The notes under the pieces are model-generated. The model searched no databases and was not told the origin of the DNA. It saw only the letters and a list, made by a program, of their open reading frames with translations. The position numbers were made by a program, and so were the translations under genes. This document shows, piece by piece, positions 1 to 8,569 of a stretch of DNA of 64,000 nucleotides (positions are counted from its first letter, which is position 1; the number at the start of each line of letters is the position of its first letter). Source of the DNA: Synechococcus lacustris. Lineage in GTDB: Bacteria > Cyanobacteriota > Cyanobacteriia > PCC-6307 > Cyanobiaceae. Location of the stretch: the NCBI GenBank assembly GCA_903943975.1, contig CAJAQB010000021.1, positions 26,697-90,696 of the forward strand. The letters are read 5' to 3'.

Positions 1-117
1 CCGATTGGCTTGATCGAGCAGCGGCTGCGGGATGACCTGGCCAGCAACCTGCGGGCGGTGGCCCTCGAAACCCTGCGCCGTTCCCAGGCCGCCAGCCTGG
101 CCCTGAGCGCCCAGTAA
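1..117 (+). CDS. 3' end of an unidentified CDS entering from the left edge (...RSQAASLALSAQ*)
   Basis: Frame 1 is open from nt 1 to TAA at 115-117 and is followed by a hairpin terminator. It is too short to assign a family. Confidence 0.4.
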   Translation, partial: PIGLIEQRLRDDLASNLRAVALETLRRSQAASLALSAQ

Positions 118-153
118 TCACAAACCAATACAAATCCAATAAAAAATTCCAAT

Positions 154-190
154 AAAAAAGCGGTTGAAGTTTGCACCTCAACCGCTTTTG
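154..190. terminator. Bidirectional intrinsic terminator hairpin
   Basis: Stem gcggttga(160-167)/tcaaccgc(178-185) is flanked by an A-run (aaaaaa) on the left and cttttgattt on the right. It lies between a + strand CDS end and the 3' end of a - strand tRNA. Confidence 0.5.
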
Positions 191-222
191 ATTTGCCAGT
201 GGTCTTACCACAATTTTGCTGA

Positions 223-295
223 TACCCCCAAGGGGATTCGAACCCCTGTCGCCTCCGTGAAAGGGAGGTGTCCTAGGCCTCTAGACGATGGGGGC
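223..295 (-). tRNA. trnE: tRNA-Glu (anticodon UUC)
   Basis: The reverse complement reads GCCCCCATCGTCTAGAGGCCTAGGACACCTCCCTTTCACGGAGGCGACAGGGGTTCGAATCCCCTTGGGGGTA. It has a 7-bp acceptor stem with G1-U72, a T-loop GGTTCGAATCC and anticodon loop CTTTCAC (TTC). CCA is not encoded. Confidence 0.93.
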
Positions 296-349
296 AAGGC
301 CGATTGGCAAGAAGCCAACCTAGTCATTAGGGGTTCCCACCGTCAAGGG

Positions 350-1462
350 TTAATCGCTCTGACCTCGCCAAATTGGGATCGTGAAATGGAAGCAGGCCCC
401 TTCCCCCGGAGCAGAAACCACCCAGATACGGCCCCCATGTACTTCCACGATGCGTCGGCAAACGGAAAGCCCTACACCGAAGCCAGGCACCTGGGAAGCG
501 GTTTGGGGCAGCCGCACCCGGTCTAGGAAGATCCGCTCCTGCTCATTCTTGGGGATGCCAGGACCGCTGTCACAGACGCTCACCTGCACCCAGTGGCTGG
601 TGCGATGGGAGAGGGTGAGGCTCACCTGGCCGCCATCGGGGGTGAATTTCAGGGCGTTTTCCAGCAGGTTGAGCAGCACCTGGCGCATGCGCCGTTGGTC
701 GGCGAACACATCCGGCAGGTCTGAGGGCACATCGGTGTGGAGTTCCAGCTTGCGGTTTACCCAGAGCTTCTCCAGCTCGAGGATTGCCTCGGCCGCAATT
801 GGGGCTAGGGCCAGCCGGTGGGGGTTGAAGAGGGCCTCCCAGCGGGTGCTGCCCACCTCCAGCAGGTCGTGGGAGAGCTGAACGATGTCGTCTAGCCGCC
901 GGTTCACCACATCAAAGAAGCGTTCGCTGGGGATTTGCCCCAGCCGAAAGCTCTGTAGGGCCAGCTTGGCGGCCGTGAGGGGCGTGCGCAGTTCGTGGGC
1001 CACCATCCGCAGCAGGCTCTCCTGCACCGCCAGCCGCGAGGTGAGTGTTTCGTTCTCTTGGCGCAGCACCAGCAGCTGGTCCTCCAGTTGCAGTTCCCGC
1101 TGGCTGTGGTCACCGCTTGCGGTTTTGCCGTGCAGGCCGATGCCGAGGCCACTCACCAGGCCCAGCTGGCGCCAGCGGGGCAGCCAGTGTTCCATCTGCT
1201 GCAGGATCGCGTTGCCGGCGAATACCTGTCGGGGGGGGGGATCGAGCTTGATCAGGGCTGGGGTGGCCACCAGGCGATAAAGCTCCAGCAGCTCTGGCTC
1301 CTTCTGGGGGTCTGCGACCGTGAGCGTGAGCTCGAAATGATCTTTCTGGGTTTCAAGCAACTCCAACAGCCCCCGCAGGTCCTTGCGGGCGAGGTGGACG
1401 GGGCTTGCCACCAGCAGTAAGCGCAAAGCCTGTTTTTGCTTGGCTGCTGCCTTGCTGGGCAC
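350..1462 (-). CDS. sasA: Adaptive-response sensory histidine kinase SasA (KaiB-like N-domain + HisKA + HATPase)
   Basis: The N-terminal KaiB/thioredoxin-like segment reads LRLLLVASP...[13 protein letters not shown]. The H-box is [12 protein letters not shown]. The ATPase boxes are [19 protein letters not shown] and GFGVGLS. Confidence 0.9.
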   Translation of the reverse strand: MPSKAAAKQKQALRLLLVASPVHLARKDLRGLLELLETQKDHFELTLTVADPQKEPELLELYRLVATPALIKLDPPPRQVFAGNAILQQMEHWLPRWRQLGLVSGLGIGLHGKTASGDHSQRELQLEDQLLVLRQENETLTSRLAVQESLLRMVAHELRTPLTAAKLALQSFRLGQIPSERFFDVVNRRLDDIVQLSHDLLEVGSTRWEALFNPHRLALAPIAAEAILELEKLWVNRKLELHTDVPSDLPDVFADQRRMRQVLLNLLENALKFTPDGGQVSLTLSHRTSHWVQVSVCDSGPGIPKNEQERIFLDRVRLPQTASQVPGFGVGLSVCRRIVEVHGGRIWVVSAPGEGACFHFTIPIWRGQSD

Positions 1463-1663
1463 CGGTACCTAAGGGAGATCCCCCCAGGATATGGATTTTT
1501 TCTGCGTTTTCTGGGAAGAATGGACAGTCTTAGGTAATGACGCCCTCCGCCAGCGGCCTGGCGGCAGGACTGTTTGCCCGTGCTTCAACGCAATGGGGTG
1601 GTTGTTTTACCTAGAACTGGCTAAGACTGAGTAGCAGAGGCCCCTCAGGGTCTGAGTAAGCCG

Positions 1664-2239
1664 ATGCTGGAGCCCTTACCTTTGATTTCTGAAACCCCGC
1701 CCCTACGGGTGGGCCGTGATCCCAATCCCAGCCGCATTCAGCTGGATAGGGGGCTGCGGCGCTGGTTTAACCGTAACCTCGGCCTTTGGCGCTCCCGGCG
1801 TCAGTATTTCTTTGAAAATGATGAGTGCCTGCGCTTAGACATGCTGCTGCGGGTGGAGGTTTTTCGGGAACCGGTGGAGGGGGAAGCCGCCTATCGCTTT
1901 AGCTGGTGGCCAGAAAAGGAATACGACTTCTTTGATAAGAAGCCCCGCTATGTGCGCGAAGGAACGATGGATGCCTATCTCTGTGGCCACCAATTACGCC
2001 GCAGCTGTGGTTATCTTTCCCCAGAAAATACCAAGAGTCAGATCCGCCAAGTGGATGAACATGAATTGGTATTTGAATCCCATTATCAGGAATGGGATGT
2101 TACCGAACACATTCGCCTGGTGGGTCAGGATCAATACCGGGCCCGTTCGATTTATTCCTGGAGCGATGGCAAGTTGATGATGGCTGAAACCCACCACGAA
2201 ATCCGGCTGGAGCCTGCGGGGGCGCCGCTGCTGGCTTGA
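1664..2239 (+). CDS. CpcS/CpeS-like (DUF1001, lipocalin-fold bilin-lyase family) protein
   Basis: 'GLWRSRRQY' near the N-terminus, then 'RRSCGY' and 'EHIRL..QYRARS', resemble the SxGxWxSxR / RxxGY / E.I..R.R pattern of CpcS-type proteins. The match is by eye only. Confidence 0.5.
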   Translation: MLEPLPLISETPPLRVGRDPNPSRIQLDRGLRRWFNRNLGLWRSRRQYFFENDECLRLDMLLRVEVFREPVEGEAAYRFSWWPEKEYDFFDKKPRYVREGTMDAYLCGHQLRRSCGYLSPENTKSQIRQVDEHELVFESHYQEWDVTEHIRLVGQDQYRARSIYSWSDGKLMMAETHHEIRLEPAGAPLLA

Positions 2240-2287
2240 GCATGGGATTGGCTTGGGGAATTATGGCTGATCTTTGGCTGGAAGTTC

Positions 2288-2659
2288 TTAAATTTTCTCC
2301 CGTTCCCAGATCCAGCGAGCGTCGCGCTTAAGTTCTATGGCTAGGCGCTGATTTGAGGCAAGTAGAGTCTCAAATTCAAGGGGAGTTAGCACAAGAGCAT
2401 CACAACTAAGCGGCAGTTGTTCTAAGGGCCATTGCCGCAAACGCCCGTGCTGGGGACCCTGGGCTGCGCCATCAATAAGCAATAGATCCAGGTCACTGCC
2501 CACCCCCGCATCACCGCGGCCATAGCTGCCATAAATAGCCACTCGCCCCAGGGATGGCTGGCGGTTGGCTTGCTCCACTGCCCAGTGGCGCACGGCAGCC
2601 AGCACCTCAGCTGGATCAGGCCAGTGCAGAACTGATTGCGTCAACAAGCGCACGGGCAT
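2288..2659 (-). CDS. Minimal nucleotidyltransferase (MNT/MntA-like antitoxin)
   Basis: 'IYGSYGRGDAGVGSDLDLLLI' matches the GSxxRG...D.D NTase signature. I chose the ATG at 2659; the track start at 2779 lies deep inside the upstream HEPN gene. Confidence 0.8.
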   Translation of the reverse strand: MPVRLLTQSVLHWPDPAEVLAAVRHWAVEQANRQPSLGRVAIYGSYGRGDAGVGSDLDLLLIDGAAQGPQHGRLRQWPLEQLPLSCDALVLTPLEFETLLASNQRLAIELKRDARWIWEREKI

Positions 2660-3017
2660 GGCAATAGGCGTCTTCGCTCTGGAGGCGACCGAAATGGTCG
2701 GTGGGTGCCCCATCGGGAAGGCTATCGGGATAACGGGTGGGTATGTAGAGAGCGTCAAGAATGCGTAAACGATCCTCAAGATCGCTGATAGCCCCAGCTA
2801 GGGCAACGGCTTTTTCTGCTGGCAGATCTCGAAAGGAGCGGCCCAGGCCGTGGCCCCATACCTGTTGCCCAGAGGCCAGATGCAACGCCTTGAGGGCTTT
2901 TTCGGCAGCCTGATGGCAGGCAAAGCAGGCCCATTCATGGTGGCCGGCATCAGCACTGATGCGAGCCAATTGAAGGTCAGCAATTGCCTGGTGCAGCCAG
3001 TCGGCAGAACGATTCAT
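2616..3017 (-). CDS. HEPN-domain protein (HepT-like toxin)
   Basis: All-helical HEPN-like sequence (AEKALKALH, YIPTRYPD...DH). ATG at 3017 follows an A/T-rich stretch; an alternative ATG is at 3047. It is paired with the NTase gene immediately downstream. Confidence 0.78.
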   Translation of the reverse strand: MNRSADWLHQAIADLQLARISADAGHHEWACFACHQAAEKALKALHLASGQQVWGHGLGRSFRDLPAEKAVALAGAISDLEDRLRILDALYIPTRYPDSLPDGAPTDHFGRLQSEDAYCHARALVDAISSALA

Positions 3018-3203
3018 GGTTTTATTTTCACATTTGGCTGGGGCCATGGCGGCCCATTAGCTTGCAGAGAGCGGGCGATGCAGGCCAGGGCCTTAAGGCG
3101 ATGGGTCGTTATTGCTCGGGGTCAGCCATCGACCTGTGCCTAGAGGCCCCGGCGATGGAGCTCAGAGAGCTCTTGCAGCTCAGCGCGAAGACAACGGCAC
3201 TAG

Positions 3204-3230
3204 GCTAGCTGGATCAGCTAGCCAGCTAGC
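3204..3230. promoter_or_regulatory. Cluster of three GCTAGC palindromes / direct CAGCTAGC repeat just upstream of the Phd-type antitoxin ATG (candidate operator)
   Basis: GCTAGC occurs at 3204-3209, 3217-3222 and 3225-3230. CAGCTAGC is repeated in tandem at 3215-3230, ending 2 nt before the ATG at 3233. Confidence 0.3.
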
Positions 3231-3232
3231 CC

Positions 3233-3493
3233 ATGGCCTCGGTCTGGACCCTTCAAGACGCTAAGAACCGCTTCAGTGCGCTGGTGGAGGCAGCGTTGAC
3301 CGGGGAGCCCCAGAGGGTGACCCGCCGCGGCAAGTGGGTGAGCGTGGTGCTCTCGGCCCAAGAATATGAGCGGTTGAGGCGCCTGGATCAGAACAGTGCG
3401 CCATCGCTGGGGGCGATGTTGTTGCAGATTCCGCAGGATGACGGGAAGTTCGAGCGTTTGCCGCTGACAGCGCGGGAGTTTCCTTGTTCCTGA
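3233..3493 (+). CDS. Phd/YefM-fold antitoxin (VapB-type partner of the PIN toxin)
   Basis: 86 aa. 'WTLQDAKNRFSALVEAA...VTRRGKWVSVVLSAQEYERL' is a typical Phd/YefM N-terminal domain. It overlaps the PIN gene by 10 nt. Confidence 0.8.
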   Translation: MASVWTLQDAKNRFSALVEAALTGEPQRVTRRGKWVSVVLSAQEYERLRRLDQNSAPSLGAMLLQIPQDDGKFERLPLTAREFPCS

Positions 3494-3912
3494 TCGACAC
3501 GATGGTGCTCTCTGAGCTGCGCAAGCGCCAACGCGATCCTGGAGTGGTGGCCTGGATCAGCGAGCAGCGCCCTGAGGATTGCTTCTTGAGCGTGGTGAGC
3601 ATCGCTGAAATCGAGCGCGGCATTTCCCGCAAGCGTGATGCTGATGGGGGCTTTGCCGAGCAGCTGGCCGCCTGGCTTGATCAGTTTTTGCGGCTGTATG
3701 GCGATCGGTTGCTAACGGTGGATGTGCGTATTGCCAGGCGATGGGGCCAGCTTTCTGCCAACTTGGGCCATGACGGCGCTGATCTGTTGATAGCCGCCAC
3801 AGCGTTAGAGCACGGCCTCACGGTGGTGACGCGCAACCTGCGGCATTTCACTCCCACTGGCGTGCAGACCCTGAATCCTTGGGGCTGGGCTTTAGACCCT
3901 GAGAAGGGCTGA
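3484..3912 (+). CDS. vapC: PIN-domain toxin, VapC/FitB family
   Basis: 142 aa. 'FLIDTMVLSEL', 'SVVSIAEIERG' and 'DLLIAATALEHGLTVVTRN' match the PIN acidic-residue pattern. It starts with TTG and overlaps the antitoxin stop. Confidence 0.85.
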   Translation: MFLIDTMVLSELRKRQRDPGVVAWISEQRPEDCFLSVVSIAEIERGISRKRDADGGFAEQLAAWLDQFLRLYGDRLLTVDVRIARRWGQLSANLGHDGADLLIAATALEHGLTVVTRNLRHFTPTGVQTLNPWGWALDPEKG

Positions 3913-4023
3913 TGGTTATTTGCGTATTTACTAATAATCTGGATTCCCAGCTGGTCTCGCCCTTGGACCCTTGCGCCCCAGGCTGGGCGTCGCTACATAG
4001 GGGCGCATTGCCTGCCAAGCGTG

Positions 4024-4200
4024 ATGGCTTTCAATTCGCTTCTGGATGATGAAATCAGTGACGAGGAGCTGAGTTTCCTTGAGGAGTTCATGCCCCAGCA
4101 GCTGGCCGCCCTCGCCGCCGAGCTGGAGGCTCCCCTCGGCCCAGGGCCCTTGCCCTTGCTCCGCAGGGATGACCAGGTCCGTCTGGAGCTGGCGGCCTGA
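4024..4200 (+). CDS. Possible small acidic protein (58 aa), below the ORF-track cutoff
   Basis: ATG 4024 to TGA 4198-4200 gives MAFNSLLDDEISDEELSFLEEFMPQQLAALAAELEAPLGPGPLPLLRRDDQVRLELAA. It ends 5 nt before the next gene. The opposite-strand 74-aa ORF is S/R-rich junk. Confidence 0.3.
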   Translation: MAFNSLLDDEISDEELSFLEEFMPQQLAALAAELEAPLGPGPLPLLRRDDQVRLELAA

Positions 4201-4205
4201 ACGGG

Positions 4206-4652
4206 ATGCAGCAACATGGGTGCTGTTACGCCTTTGCTTCTGTGTTGCGTCAGCTGATCCCCGCCTCCTTCCTGCTGGCGCTTACCGGCCTCACCGCCCT
4301 GCCCCTGGCGGCCCAGGCGGCGCCCCAGCCCGCCAGCGAGGCGGAAATGACCCTCTACACCCGGATCACCGCCCTAAACGCCTGCATTTCCACCTCCACC
4401 GGCGTGGAGTTCAACAAGGCGATCGGCATCGCCGGTGAAACGCTCACCCAGGTGATCCAGGGCCAGAATGGCGGCGCCATCAAGCAGTTGGGCGTGAAGC
4501 CGCTACCCCTGGAGGAGCTGCGCAAAGGTTCGATCAATTCCGTGCTGATCGGCGTATCCCAGGTTTGTCCTGATCTGATGCCCGCCGACGTGCGCGACAA
4601 GGTGAAGCAGGCCCTCCAGGGCCAGGCCGCTGGGGGCGCCAAGGCCCCGTAG
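4206..4652 (+). CDS. Secreted/periplasmic hypothetical protein
   Basis: 148 aa with a signal-peptide-like N-terminus (FLLALTGLTALPLAAQA|AP). I recognise no family motif. Confidence 0.6.
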   Translation: MQQHGCCYAFASVLRQLIPASFLLALTGLTALPLAAQAAPQPASEAEMTLYTRITALNACISTSTGVEFNKAIGIAGETLTQVIQGQNGGAIKQLGVKPLPLEELRKGSINSVLIGVSQVCPDLMPADVRDKVKQALQGQAAGGAKAP

Positions 4653-4708
4653 CAAGCCCGTAGGGCGGCTGCCGGCGGCAGAGTGGGTTTCCCTGATCTG
4701 CCCGCCGC

Positions 4709-7309
4709 GTGAGTATTACCCCTGCTGCCACCCCCGTGTTGCTGGCCGATTACCGGCCGCCCAGCGTGGCGATCGAGCAGGTGGAGCTCTGCTTTCAGCT
4801 GTTTGCAGACCATGCCCTGGTGCGGGCCAGGCTGGCGATCACGCCCCTGCAGGGGGCGCCGGCTGAGCTGCTGCTCCAGGCCGTAGACCTGGAACTGCTT
4901 GACCTGGCCATCGATGGCCGGCCTTTGGAGCCAGGGGAATGGCAGCTGGCGGGAGGGGAACTGCGTTTGGCGGCAGTGCCAACGGTTCCTTTTCAGTTGG
5001 AAACCTTGGTGCGGCTTCAGCCGGAGCTCAATACCAGCCTCGAGGGCTTGTATGTGAGTGGTGGGCTATTCACCACCCAATGCGAAGCCGAAGGCTTTCG
5101 GCGGATTACCCCGTTTCTAGACCGTCCGGATTTACTTAGTTGTTACCGGGTGCGGATCGAGGCCGATCGCCAGCAGGCCCCAGTGCTGTTGAGCAACGGC
5201 AATTGTGTGGCCAGTGGTGAATTAGCGGAAGGCCGACACTTTGTGGAATGGCAGGATCCTTTCCCCAAGCCCAGTTATTTATTTGCCCTGGTGGCTGGCC
5301 CCCTGGTGGAGGTGAGCGATCAGTTCATTACCGCCTCCGGCCGGCCGGTGCAGCTGCGCATCCATGTGGAGCCCGGTGATGAGCAGTTCTGTGGCCATGC
5401 CATGGCTAGCCTTAAGCGGGCAATGGCCTGGGATGAACAGGTTTATGGCCTGGAATATGACCTAGACCAATTCAATATCGTTGCCGTGCGCCACTTCAAT
5501 ATGGGCGCCATGGAGAATAAAAGCCTCAATATCTTTAATTCAAAATTGGTGCTGGCCGATGCAGAAACCGCCACTGATGCTGAGTTGGAGCGGATTGAAA
5601 GTGTAATTGCCCACGAGTATTTCCACAACTGGACTGGTAATCGGATTACTTGCCGCGATTGGTTTCAGCTGTCGCTTAAGGAAGGCCTCACCGTATTTAG
5701 AGACCAGGAATTCAGCGCTGATCTGCATGGCGCCGCCGTGAAACGCATCGAGGCGGTGGCGACGCTGCGGGCCCATCAATTCCCGGAGGATGCCGGCCCC
5801 ACCGCCCATCCAGTGCAGCCAGACCATTACATCGCCATCGATAACTTCTATACCACCACCATCTATGAAAAGGGGGCGGAACTAATTCGCATGCAGCGCA
5901 CCCTCTTGGGGGAAGAGGCCTTCATGGCTGGGGTGCGTTTGTATCTACAACGCCACGATGGGGAGGCGGCCACCTGTGAACAGTTTCTGCTGGCCCTGGA
6001 GCAGGCCTCTGGTAAATCGCTGCAAAGCTTTCGCCGTTGGTACCACCAGGCCGGCACGCCCCGGTTACGGCTGCAGCGCCATTGGGATGGCGCCGCGGGG
6101 CTGCTGGAGCTGAACTTGCAGCAGCAGCACGACCCCTCCCCCGGCCAACCCCACAAACAGCCCCTGCCGATTCCGGTGGCCGTGGGGCTGCTGGACCCTG
6201 AAGGCCAACCCCTGCGCCAACAGTTGCTGGTGCTGGAGGAAGCAGAGGCCAGTTGGCGTTTTGAGGGGCTGCCGCCGGGGCCGCAGCCGCCGTTGTTGTC
6301 GTTGCTGCAGGGCTTCTCGGCACCGGTGCAGCTGGAGTTTGAGCGCAGCCTTGGCGAGTTGGCCCAGCTGCTGGCCCATGACCCAGACCCCTTTAGCCGT
6401 TGGGATGCCGCCCAGCAGCTCTGGCAGCACTGGCTGCTAACCCCCTCCAGCGAGCTGGAGCAGATCCTCCTGGCTGCCTGCCGGCAGCTGCTCGGGGCTG
6501 CTTTGGATCCGCGCCTGGCCTGGGCCCTGTTGCAGGCCCCCGCCGCCGAGGAACTGGAGGCCGCCTGCCTGGGCCAGGGCCTTGTGCCTGACCCGCCGGC
6601 CCTGGAGCGGGCCCTGTTGCAGCGGCGCCAATGGTTGGGGCAGGCGCTGGCGCCGGAACTGCAGGCCCTAGTCGAACGCTGCCAGCCCCTGGGGGATCAG
6701 CTTTGGCCGGCGGGGGTGGGGGAACGGCAGCTGCTGGGCCTGGCCTGGAATTGGCTGGCCGCCGCTGGCGCTGATGCAGGTGCCGGCAGTGCCCGCCGCG
6801 CCGCGGCCGCCGCGGTGGCCGGCCCCTCGATGACCCTGGCCCGGGCGGGCCTGGCGGCCCTACAGCCCTGGGATTGTCCCGAGCGCCAATGGGCCCTGGA
6901 GGAGTTCCAGGCCCGCTGGCTGGAGAAGCCGGTAATCCTTGATGCTTGGTTTGCCCTTGAGGCCTCCACCCCCTTTGGCGATGGGATCGCCCGGGCAGAA
7001 GCCCTGCTGGAGCACCCGCGCTTTGATCCCCAGGCCCCCAACAGCCTGCGGGCGGTGCTGGGCGGTTTTGGCCGTTGCGCCCAGTCGTTTCACCACGGCG
7101 ATGGCAGTGGCTACCGCTGGTTGGCAGAGCAGTTGGTGCAGCTCGATGGCCGGAATCCGATTGCCGCCTCGCGGCTCCTGAAGCTGTTTAACGGCTGGCG
7201 CCGCTACAGCCCCGAACGCCAGGGGCAGATGCAGGCCAGCTTGGGCTGGATGGCCGAGCGCTTTGTGTCGGCCAACAGCCGCGAGGTGGCCCAGCAGTGC
7301 CTCGGGTAA
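4709..7309 (+). CDS. pepN: Aminopeptidase N (M1 family)
   Basis: 866 aa. It has the GAMEN exopeptidase motif (NMGAMENKS), zinc motif HEYFHNWTGNR and the downstream E (LKEGLT). GTG start. Confidence 0.93.
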   Translation: MSITPAATPVLLADYRPPSVAIEQVELCFQLFADHALVRARLAITPLQGAPAELLLQAVDLELLDLAIDGRPLEPGEWQLAGGELRLAAVPTVPFQLETLVRLQPELNTSLEGLYVSGGLFTTQCEAEGFRRITPFLDRPDLLSCYRVRIEADRQQAPVLLSNGNCVASGELAEGRHFVEWQDPFPKPSYLFALVAGPLVEVSDQFITASGRPVQLRIHVEPGDEQFCGHAMASLKRAMAWDEQVYGLEYDLDQFNIVAVRHFNMGAMENKSLNIFNSKLVLADAETATDAELERIESVIAHEYFHNWTGNRITCRDWFQLSLKEGLTVFRDQEFSADLHGAAVKRIEAVATLRAHQFPEDAGPTAHPVQPDHYIAIDNFYTTTIYEKGAELIRMQRTLLGEEAFMAGVRLYLQRHDGEAATCEQFLLALEQASGKSLQSFRRWYHQAGTPRLRLQRHWDGAAGLLELNLQQQHDPSPGQPHKQPLPIPVAVGLLDPEGQPLRQQLLVLEEAEASWRFEGLPPGPQPPLLSLLQGFSAPVQLEFERSLGELAQLLAHDPDPFSRWDAAQQLWQHWLLTPSSELEQILLAACRQLLGAALDPRLAWALLQAPAAEELEAACLGQGLVPDPPALERALLQRRQWLGQALAPELQALVERCQPLGDQLWPAGVGERQLLGLAWNWLAAAGADAGAGSARRAAAAAVAGPSMTLARAGLAALQPWDCPERQWALEEFQARWLEKPVILDAWFALEASTPFGDGIARAEALLEHPRFDPQAPNSLRAVLGGFGRCAQSFHHGDGSGYRWLAEQLVQLDGRNPIAASRLLKLFNGWRRYSPERQGQMQASLGWMAERFVSANSREVAQQCLG

Positions 7310-7324
7310 GCAGTGCTTGGGGTT

Positions 7325-8569
7325 TTAACGGCCTGTGCGCAGGTTGTTGGAGTTGGGGAAGGGGTCGGGGTAGAGGCTGCGGTGCAGCTGGGTGAACAGG
7401 GCCTTGCGCAGGTCGCCGCCTTCGGCGCCGGCGTATTGGCCCCAAAGGCCCTCCCAATAGAAATAGATCACCCCATAGCCCCGCTCGGCACTGAGCTGAA
7501 TCTTCTGGCGCAGGCTGTTGGCATCGGTGGTGCGCCCACCAAAACCGGCCAGCACGCCGATGTTGATCGGGATGCCCCAACTGCGGGCCCGCTCCAGGGC
7601 CGATTGGTCTAGGTCCCGCTCAAAACCTTTAACCGAATAGGCGTAGTTCTGCACCACCAATTCATCCACCAGCCGCCGCACCGACCAGATTTCCCAATCC
7701 TGCAGCCATTTGTTGTAGGAAAAGCGGAAAGGTCCTGGGGAAAGGCTGATGCGGCCGTTGCCATTGCTCTTTTGCAGGGCAGCGCGCAACTCCACCAACA
7801 GCTCAGTTAATTTCTGGCGCCGCCAGGTCATCCAGCCGCGGTTGGTGTAATCAGCCGGTGGTTCCAGGCCGGTTTCCTGGCGGTAAAGCGCTGTGGTGTA
7901 GGCGTCGTAGCCCAGGTCCACGGGCCAGGCGAAGTGGTCATCCAGCTGGATGCCATCCACATGGCAGCGTTCAACGATTTCGGTGATTAAGCCAATGAAG
8001 CGTTGGCGCACGCCCGGGTGGGCTGGATTAAGCCAAACCCGTAGATCTTTGAGGGGCGATGTTTCCAGGTTGGCGCCATGCATGGCGTAGTACGGGCTGC
8101 CGTCTTGTTTTTTCAGCACCCAGTCGGGGTTTTGTTTCACCACCGCCGCATCGCCCGGTTCCATCAGGCCGTACTCAAACCAAGGGATCACCTGCAGGCC
8201 GCGGCGATGGGCATCGCTGGTCATCCGGCAGACGGGATCCAGATCCGGCGCCTGTTGGGCCAGGGTTGGTTCCAGCGGCGCCCAGCGGGAGCGGTGGAAG
8301 GTGTAGCCGCGGCTCCACACATTTGGGTAGAGGGTGTTAAAGCCGGTATCGGCCAGCTCATTCACGGCCCGGTTAATGCGGTTGGCGTCGTAATAGAGCG
8401 GGCTGGGGCTGTTGGTGAGCCACACCCCCACCCGGTTGTAGGCCCCCCAGGCATTCGGCGCAAAACCGCCGGCCAGCAGCGGCACCAACAGGGCGGGCAG
8501 GCGCCGTTTGATGGCCAGTTTCCAGCCGTTGGCGGGGGTGAAACGGCGCATCAGCGAAACACGCTGCAT
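7325..8569 (-). CDS. Glycosyl-hydrolase-like 10 (DUF187/YngK-like) family protein, probably exported
   Basis: 'GVWLTNSPSPLYYD...GFNTLYPNVWSRGYTFHRS...DPVCRMTSDAHRRGLQVIPWFEYG' matches the GHL10 pattern. The N-terminus is signal-like. The start could be ATG 8569 or ATG 8551. Confidence 0.7.
   Translation of the reverse strand: MQRVSLMRRFTPANGWKLAIKRRLPALLVPLLAGGFAPNAWGAYNRVGVWLTNSPSPLYYDANRINRAVNELADTGFNTLYPNVWSRGYTFHRSRWAPLEPTLAQQAPDLDPVCRMTSDAHRRGLQVIPWFEYGLMEPGDAAVVKQNPDWVLKKQDGSPYYAMHGANLETSPLKDLRVWLNPAHPGVRQRFIGLITEIVERCHVDGIQLDDHFAWPVDLGYDAYTTALYRQETGLEPPADYTNRGWMTWRRQKLTELLVELRAALQKSNGNGRISLSPGPFRFSYNKWLQDWEIWSVRRLVDELVVQNYAYSVKGFERDLDQSALERARSWGIPINIGVLAGFGGRTTDANSLRQKIQLSAERGYGVIYFYWEGLWGQYAGAEGGDLRKALFTQLHRSLYPDPFPNSNNLRTGR

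Noticed and set aside
164-526. 120-aa plus-strand ORF
   Set aside because: It runs antisense through the tRNA-Glu gene and the sasA 3' end. It has no motif and the region is already explained.
1231-1240. G10 (C10 on the coding strand) homopolymer inside sasA, considered as a phase-variation switch
   Set aside because: It encodes an in-frame Pro-Pro-Pro (DPPPRQ). Similar 8-9-nt G/C runs occur in other genes (e.g. 10438-10446, 59630-59638), always coding Pro/Gly, so this is a codon-usage effect of a high-GC genome. It is still worth remembering as a hotspot for sequencing errors.
223-3912. tRNA-Glu considered as the integration site for the TA islet
   Set aside because: The tRNA 3' end points away from the islet (toward the left edge). 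The core genes sasA and the cpcS-like gene intervene. There is no integrase and no duplicated tRNA 3' segment.
7295-7326. The pepN terminal sequence cagtgcctcgggtaa echoed by cagtgcttggggttttaa just downstream
   Set aside because: Only a 6-mer plus a loose match. It is much weaker than the prs, lipA and decarboxylase cases and is compatible with chance.
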